From the NCBI GenBank assembly GCA_964016885.1, contig OZ024740.1, positions 20,708,001 to 20,772,000 of the forward strand: a stretch of 64,000 nucleotides of DNA. The letters run 5' to 3'. Shown here one piece after another: positions 58,355-64,000 of the stretch. Each line of letters starts with the position of its first letter. Position 1 is the first letter of the stretch. The notes under the pieces are model-generated. The model saw only the letters and a list, made by a program, of their open reading frames with translations. It searched no databases and was not told where the DNA came from. Origin of the DNA: Eledone cirrhosa (lineage: Eukaryota). The position numbers and the translations under genes were made by a program.

Positions 58355-59500
58355 TGGTGGTTGTGGTAGTGGTGGGGTTGTAGTGGTGGTGGTAGTGGTA
58401 GTGGTAGTAGTGGCGGTGGTAGTGGTGGTAGTGGTGGTAGTAGTGGTGGTAGTGGTGGTGGTGGTAGTAGTGGTGGTAGTAGTGGTGGTGGTGGTAGTGG
58501 TGGTAGTGGTGGTATTGGTGGTGGTAGCAGTAGTGGTGGTGGTAGTAGTGGTGGTGGTAGTGCTGGTGGTAGTGGTGGTAGTGGTGGTGGTAGTAGTGGT
58601 GGTGGTAGTGGTGGTGGTAGTGATGGTGGTGGTAGTGGTGGTGGTGGTAGTGGTGGTAGTGAAGTGGTGGTGGTAGCAGCAGTGGTGGTGGTAGTACTGG
58701 TGGTGATAGTGGTGGTAGTGGTGGTGGTGGTATTGGTGGTAGTGGTGGTGGTAGTAGTGGTGGTGGTAGTGGTGGTGGTGGTATTGGTGGTAGTGGTGGT
58801 GGTAGTAGTGGTGGTGGTAGTGGTGGTGGTAGTGGTGGTAGTGGTGGTGGTGATAGTGGTGGTAGTGGTGGTGGTAGTAGTGCTGATGGTAGTGGTGGTG
58901 GTAGTGGTGGTGGTGGTAGTAGTGGTGGTAGTGGTGGTGGTAGTAGTGCTGGTGGTAGTGGTGGTGGTGGCAGTGGTAGTGGTAGTGGCGGTAGTGGTGG
59001 TGGTAGCAGTGGTGGTGGTAGTTGTGGTGTTAGTGTTGGTAGTGGTGGTGGTGGTAGTAGTGGTGGTAGTGGTGGTGGTAGTAGTGCTGGTGGTAGTGGT
59101 GGTGGTAGTGATGGTAGTGGTGGTAGTGGTAGTGGTGGTAGTGGTGGTAGCAGTGGTGGTGGTAGTGGTGTTAGTGGTTGGGGGGGGGGGGGGTAGTAGT
59201 GATGGTGATAGTGGTGGTGGTGGTAGTGGTGGTGCTAGTGGTGGAGTGGTAGTGGTGGTGGTAGTGGTGGCGGTGGTGGCAGTGGTGGTGGTAGTAGTGG
59301 TGGTGGCAGTGGTGGTGGCAGTGGTGGTGGTAGTAGTGGTGGTGGCAGTGGTGGTGGTAGTGGTGGTGCTAGTGGTGGGGTTGTAGTGGTGGTGGCAGTG
59401 GTGGTGGTAGTGCTGGTGCTAGTGGTGGGGTTGTAGTGGTGGTGTTGTTGTTGGTGGCGGTGACAGAGGTGTTGGTGTTGGTGATGATAGTGTTGTCAAT
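58355..59500. repeat. Imperfect (GTG/GTA)n trinucleotide microsatellite
   Basis: Mixed GTG, GTA and GCA triplets with an internal poly-G run at ~59180-59193. It accounts for the poly-Val ORFs. Confidence 0.95.
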
Positions 59501-59609
59501 ATTGGTGTAAAGGGGTGGTGTCGAGGAGTGGTATGTCATTGGTGGTAGTAGTGAAAACAGTGATGGTCTGTTTGAACACATCACCAAAGGTCTCAGGTCC
59601 TTCTCCAAA

Positions 59610-59705
59610 CACCCTGCCCCACTCCCCCTCTCTCTATACCCAACTCTCTCCCTCTCTATCTCTCTCTCTCCCTCTCTACCTAACTCTCTCTCCCCCTCTT
59701 CTTAT
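59610..59705. repeat. (CT)-rich polypyrimidine low-complexity tract
   Basis: CCCCACTCCCCCTCTCTCTATACCCAACTCTCTCCCTCTC... Confidence 0.8.
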
Positions 59706-59789
59706 CATTTTAGTTGTGTATATGTCTGTGTGAAAGCCTCCCTTAATATGTCTATGTATATGTAGGTATTCATGTGCGTATGTATGCCC

Positions 59790-60015
59790 ATGATTTCTCT
59801 GTGTGTGTCTGTCTCTGTCTTCATATTTCTCTATCTGTCTGTCTGTCTGTCTGTCTCTCTCTGTCTTGATATTTATGTATGTGTCTGTCTGTCTGTCTAT
59901 CTGCCTGTCTGTCTTCTATTTCTATATATGTCTGTCTATCTGTCTCTCTGTCTTGATATTATGTATGTGTCTGTCTGTCTGTATGTCTTGATATTTCTGT
60001 CTGTCTGTCTCTATC
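59790..60015. repeat. Degenerate (TCTG)/(TG)-rich microsatellite
   Basis: CTGTCTGTCTGT runs, with a TGTCTTGATATT motif repeated three times. Confidence 0.85.
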
Positions 60016-60249
60016 TTCATAGTTCTCTTGACACCATCTTGCCACTGCTATTCAGAATTCTTGTATCACTTAGTAAGAAGGAAAGCCTCCTTCATTAATT
60101 TCACAGCCATCGTCATTGGAGGCAGTGTGAGAAGAAGGTATCTTTAAATCGAAAACCTAGTCCGGAAGCTAGAATGGACTCTACTGAAGGCAGCCATGGG
60201 GCAGGTGGTGAATTTAGACTAGATAAAGGATTAAGTTTGCCATCCAAGT

Positions 60250-60387
60250 AAGCTACGGGGTAGATTTCAACTCAGAAGGCAAAGTGTCTGAACAAACAAC
60301 GCAAGTCTTATTATCCGACGCTCTTATAATTTTACCAAATTATCGCCTTGATTGGTGTTTTATTTATCGATCTCGAAAGGATAAATA
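60250..60387 (-). mobile_element. Two degraded minus-strand SINE fragments (tRNA-like head 60250-60347; central-domain piece 60352-60387)
   Basis: The reverse complement reads GGCGATAATTTGGTAAAATTATAAGAGCGTCGGA...TTCTGAGTTGAAATCTACCCC, similar to the head of the SINE at 56061. Adjacent TTTATCCTTTCGAGATCGATAAATAAAACACCAA resembles the Nin/Deu-like core. Confidence 0.6.
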
Positions 60388-60402
60388 ACATACATACATA
60401 CG

Positions 60403-60472
<70 letters not shown>

Positions 60473-60737
60473 CGTACGTACATACATACATATATTCATA
60501 CATACATACGTACGTACGTACATACATACATACATATATATACATACAGTCATACATACATGCATACATACATACGTACATATATACATACAAACATACA
60601 TACATACATTCGTACATACATACATGCATACGTACATACACACGTACATACGTACATACGTACATACATACATACATACATACATACATACATACATACA
60701 TACATACATACATACATACATACATACATACATACAT
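60388..60737. repeat. (TACA)n microsatellite with internal (TA)n and TACG variants
   Basis: Direct reading. The tract is purest at its right end, next to the retroelement. Confidence 0.97.
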
Positions 60738-62156
60738 AAATGCTCATACATCACTGTAAAGCAGTGAAAAACAACAACCCAATCTAGCAACATTGTCATC
60801 AATGGTCTAACTGTTTCACCGATATCTGATGAGGACTGCTACAGATACCTGGGGATAGATGAGAACATATCCTATAATGGTATCTGTAATAAAGAACGCG
60901 TAACCAGGGAATACTACACCCGATTAAGAAAGATCTGGTCATCGGAACTCTCTGCGCAAAACAAAACAGTGGCTCAGAATGTGTTTGCTGTGCCTGTCCT
61001 AACACCAACGTTTGGAATACTCAATTGTACGATAGACGAAATCCGAGCAGTTGATGTTGGAACTCGAAAAATACTGAACAACACCGGAAACTTCCACATC
61101 AACAGTGACATAGACCGCCTTTACTTGAAACGTAAGCAGGGAGGCAGAGGCCTAACATCAGTCCAGACAACATTTGAATGTCGCATCATATCTTTCCGAG
61201 CAAGTCTATCTGCATGAAACAGATAAGATCATGAGAGTTGGGAAGGAACTCCTTGAGAGATATTCCCTGTGTGATAATCAAAAACTCACACCCAGGGATG
61301 TCGCTCAGCAGTATCGCAGTGAATCAATGGATGAAAAACTGCATGCCTATCATCAAAAAATCATGCATGGATATGTTGCCAGGAAGCTCCAGAGTGACAG
61401 TAATATAGATAAGGAAAGTAGTCTATCTAGGACCAACAACCGCTATATTGGCTCCCACTTTGAAGGATACGCTTTTGCAATCCAAGAACAGGAGATTAGC
61501 ACGAAATACCTGATTCACAAAAGAGATAGGGATGCAGGCAAAACACCTAGATGTGATAACAAGTGCAGACTCTGCAGAACTAACATCGAGGATATCACCA
61601 ATGTCATCAGCAGCTGCCCAAAGATGTCATCGCGGTACTATCTACCTATGGGGCATGATGTAGTGGCCAAAACACTGTACAATGCAGTTCGTAAAAAAGA
61701 TAGCCCCGATAATAAACACATGAAAAGCTACAACAATGTGGAAGACATCCATGTACATAATATGAAAGAGTACTGGTGGAATGTTTCAGTAAAAACCCCA
61801 ATAAAATGCAGGCAAACAGACCAGATATTATGATATGGGACAGGGAGAAGAAAACATGCACAGTAGTGGAAATTAGCTGCCCAGCAGATGCCAATATAAT
61901 ATCAAAGATTAGTGAAAAGGAGAATATTTATGCAGAACTGATGAGAAATCTGCAGATACTCCACCCTGATTACACCTTCAGATTTATGCCTGTGATCATT
62001 GGGGCACTGGGATATGTTAGTAACTGCCTCAATACAAATCTTGAGAAGCTAGGCTTCACAGGAACAGAAAGAACACAACTAGTTAGGAAATTACAAGTAC
62101 AATCCATTAATGGAACAGTAAAAATATGTAAAACATTCCCAAAATGTTGCATCTAA
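60738..62156 (+). pseudogene. Disrupted RT-thumb/CCHC/RLE coding region of copy 1
   Basis: In-frame TGA at 60765, a 41-bp deletion at ~61199 (relative to copy 3), and a frameshift at ~61815. Split into ORFs 60969-61217, 61174-61833 and 61776-62156. Confidence 0.88.
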
Positions 62157-62392
62157 TAACTGCATATACACATGTACAGATACAAAGCATATACACATGC
62201 ACACATACAACTCAAAACATCCACATCCACACATACAATAACATCCATATCTACACATGCATGCATGCAGACATACATACATATCTACCTAGTTGATGTT
62301 GTGTAAATTCCAATGAGAGAATCTTGTGTCTATGTTAGAAACCGACTCTCTTTCTATTGGTAAAACTTTGTGAAATTATAAAACCAGAAGAA
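60738..62392 (+). mobile_element. 5'-truncated R4/Dong-like RLE non-LTR retrotransposon, copy 1
   Basis: Translates to the RT C-terminus (KC...YRYLG), thumb (RLYLKRKQGGRGL), AIQEQ motif, zinc knuckle CRLC...EDITNVISSC, GHDVVAK (normally RHD), and restriction-like endonuclease NRPDI...VVEISCP...EKENIY...PVIIGALG. A 3' UTR ends CCAGAAGAA followed by CATA repeats. Clade assignment is from remembered motifs. Confidence 0.9.
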
Positions 62393-62407
62393 CATACATA
62401 CACATAC

Positions 62408-62757
62408 ATGATGGCTGCCCTCTCGTTATCGAGTATGGCCCTTGCACGATATACCATTATTACTAATTATTAATTAATTCTATCGGGCAATGCCTGTACG
62501 TGAAGATATTTTTTAAAGTGAGGAAAGACTGTGCACTGAGTCAATCCCACTCTCTGAGCGACAGTAGCTATAACCCGAAAAGAAAAAAGATCAACATCAT
62601 CGGTAACTACTGAGCCGCAGGTTTTATATCGGAGTTATCCCAGTTTCCTAAGTTACCTTCTCCTAGAAGAATGCCCTGACAAATGCTAGGGGTCCTTCAC
62701 TCCCAGTGGTTTAACCGCGCGATCGGGTGTCCAACCCGACTATTTCTATGTCCCCGC
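62408..62757 (-). mobile_element. Probable RTE-derived short non-autonomous element inside the TACA tract
   Basis: About 350 bp of non-simple sequence flanked by CATACAT on both sides. The minus strand contains GGCATTCTTCTAGGAGAAGGTAACT...CCGATATAAAACC, resembling the RTE/BovB 5' UTR motif. It ends ...ACTCGATAACGAGAGGGCAGCCATC, resembling RTE 3' ends (from memory). Confidence 0.45.
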
Positions 62758-62840
62758 GCATACATACATACGTACATACATACGTACATACGTACATACA
62801 TAGATACATACATACGTACATACGTACATACGTACATACA
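62758..62840. repeat. (TACA/TACG)n microsatellite
   Basis: Direct reading. Confidence 0.95.
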
Positions 62841-63403
62841 TAACAGACCAGATATAATGTTATGGGACAGGGAAAAGAAAGCATGCACAGTAGTGGAAAT
62901 TAGCTGCCCAGCAGATGCCAATATAATATTAAAGATTAGCGAAAAGGAGAATATTTATGCAGAAGTAATGAGAAATCTGCAGATACTCCACCCTGATTAC
63001 ACCTTCAGATTTATGCCTGTGATTATTGGGGTACTGGGGCATGTTAGTAACTGCCTCAATACAAATCTTGAGAAGCTAGACTTCACAGGAACAGAAAGAA
63101 AACAACTAGTTAGGAAATTACAAGTACAATCCATTAATGGAACAGTAAAAATATGTCAACAAATTTTGCATAAAATAATTGCATATACACATGTACAGAT
63201 ACAAAGCATATATACATGCACACATACAACTAAAAACATACACATCCACACATACAATAACATCCATGCCTACACATGCAGACATACATACATATCTACC
63301 TAGTTGATGTTGTGTAAATTCCAATGAGAGGGTCTTGTGTCTATGTTAGAAACAGTCTCTCTCTCTATTGGCAAACATTTGTGAAATTATAAAACCAGAA
63401 GAA
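62839..63403 (+). mobile_element. 5'-truncated R4/Dong-like retrotransposon, copy 2 (RLE domain plus 3' UTR)
   Basis: Aligns with copy 1 ~61813-62392. Encodes HNRPDIMLWD...VVEISCP...EKENIY...PVIIGVLG and has the same 3' terminus AAAACCAGAAGAA followed by CATA. Confidence 0.92.
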
Positions 63404-63448
63404 CATACATGCGTACGTACATACATACATACATACATACATACATAC
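63404..63448. repeat. (TACA)n spacer between copies 2 and 3
   Basis: Direct reading. Confidence 0.95.
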
Positions 63449-64000
63449 AACACAGGAAACTTCCACATCAACAGTGACATAGACCGCTTTTACTTGAAAC
63501 GTAAGCAGGGAGGCAGAGGCCTAACATCAGTCCAGACAACATTTGAATGTCGCATCATATCTCTCCGACAACATCTACGAACCTCGAAGCGTAGGAGCCC
63601 GTTTCTCGAGCAAGTCTATCTGCATGAAACAGATAAGATTATGAGAGTTGGGAAGGAACTCTTCGAGAGATATTCCCTGTGTCATAATCACAAACTCACA
63701 CCCAGGGAAGTCGCTCAGCAGTATCGCAGTGAATCCAAGGATGAAAAACTGCATACTTATCAGCAAAAAATCATGCATGGATATGTTGCCAGGAAGCTCC
63801 TGGGTGAGAGTAATATATATAAGGAAAGTAGTCTGTCTTGGACCAACAACCGCTATATTGGCTCCCACTTTGAAGGATACGCTTTTGCAATCCAAGAACA
63901 GGAGATTAGCACGAAATACCTGATTCACAAAAGAGATAGGGATGCAGGCAAAACAACTAGATGTGATAACAAGTGCAGACTCTGCAGAACTAACATCGAG
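63447..64000 (+). mobile_element. 5'-truncated R4/Dong-like retrotransposon, copy 3 (runs off the right edge)
   Basis: Aligns with copy 1 ~61078-61590. My manual translation from 63449 is open to the window end: NTGNFHINSDIDRFYLKRKQGGRGL...FAIQEQEISTKY...KCRLCRTNIE. Confidence 0.92.

Noticed and set aside
56425-59386. DGRS-repeat, VVVM-repeat and poly-Val ORFs on the plus strand
   Set aside because: These are translations of the 12-bp and 3-bp simple repeats.
59610-59760. Splice acceptor and small exon after the polypyrimidine tract (TTTTAG at ~59713)
   Set aside because: The downstream sequence is TG-rich low complexity with no coding signal, so it is not supportable without transcripts.
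59772-60802. CLSV-, MYVC- and HTYI-repeat ORFs
   Set aside because: These are translations of the (TCTG)n and (TACA)n microsatellites.
60799-63928. Minus-strand and alternative-frame ORFs over the retroelement copies, and ORF 62683-63303 as a standalone gene
   Set aside because: The first group are shadows of the retrotransposon frame. 62683-63303 is a chance read-through from flank and microsatellite into the RLE fragment.

Overview
Eukaryotic, almost entirely repetitive DNA with no supportable intact gene. The SINE type and the (TACA)n, (TCTG)n and (GTG)n tracts suggest an invertebrate, probably octopus or another cephalopod (inference). Positions 1-55714 are one 45-bp tandem satellite (about 1,240 monomers, consensus ATGGTGTCAGACCCTCTACCAATACTGCCAATCCACCACCCTAGC) that runs off the left edge. 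It has nested higher-order structure: a near-identical ~5.6-kb tandem duplication, a ~3-kb variable higher-order unit, and smaller 90-540 bp duplications. All its ORFs come from the 15-codon monomer. The remaining ~8 kb holds degraded tRNA-derived SINEs, a 12-bp minisatellite and simple repeats. It also holds three 5'-truncated, same-orientation copies of an R4/Dong-like RLE non-LTR retrotransposon, each starting in a (TACA)n tract, plus a probable RTE-derived short element. The most notable observations are the apparent (TACA)n target specificity of the retroelement and the fact that most of the satellite's commonest polymorphisms are synonymous in the minus-strand frame MLGWWIGSIGRGSDT.
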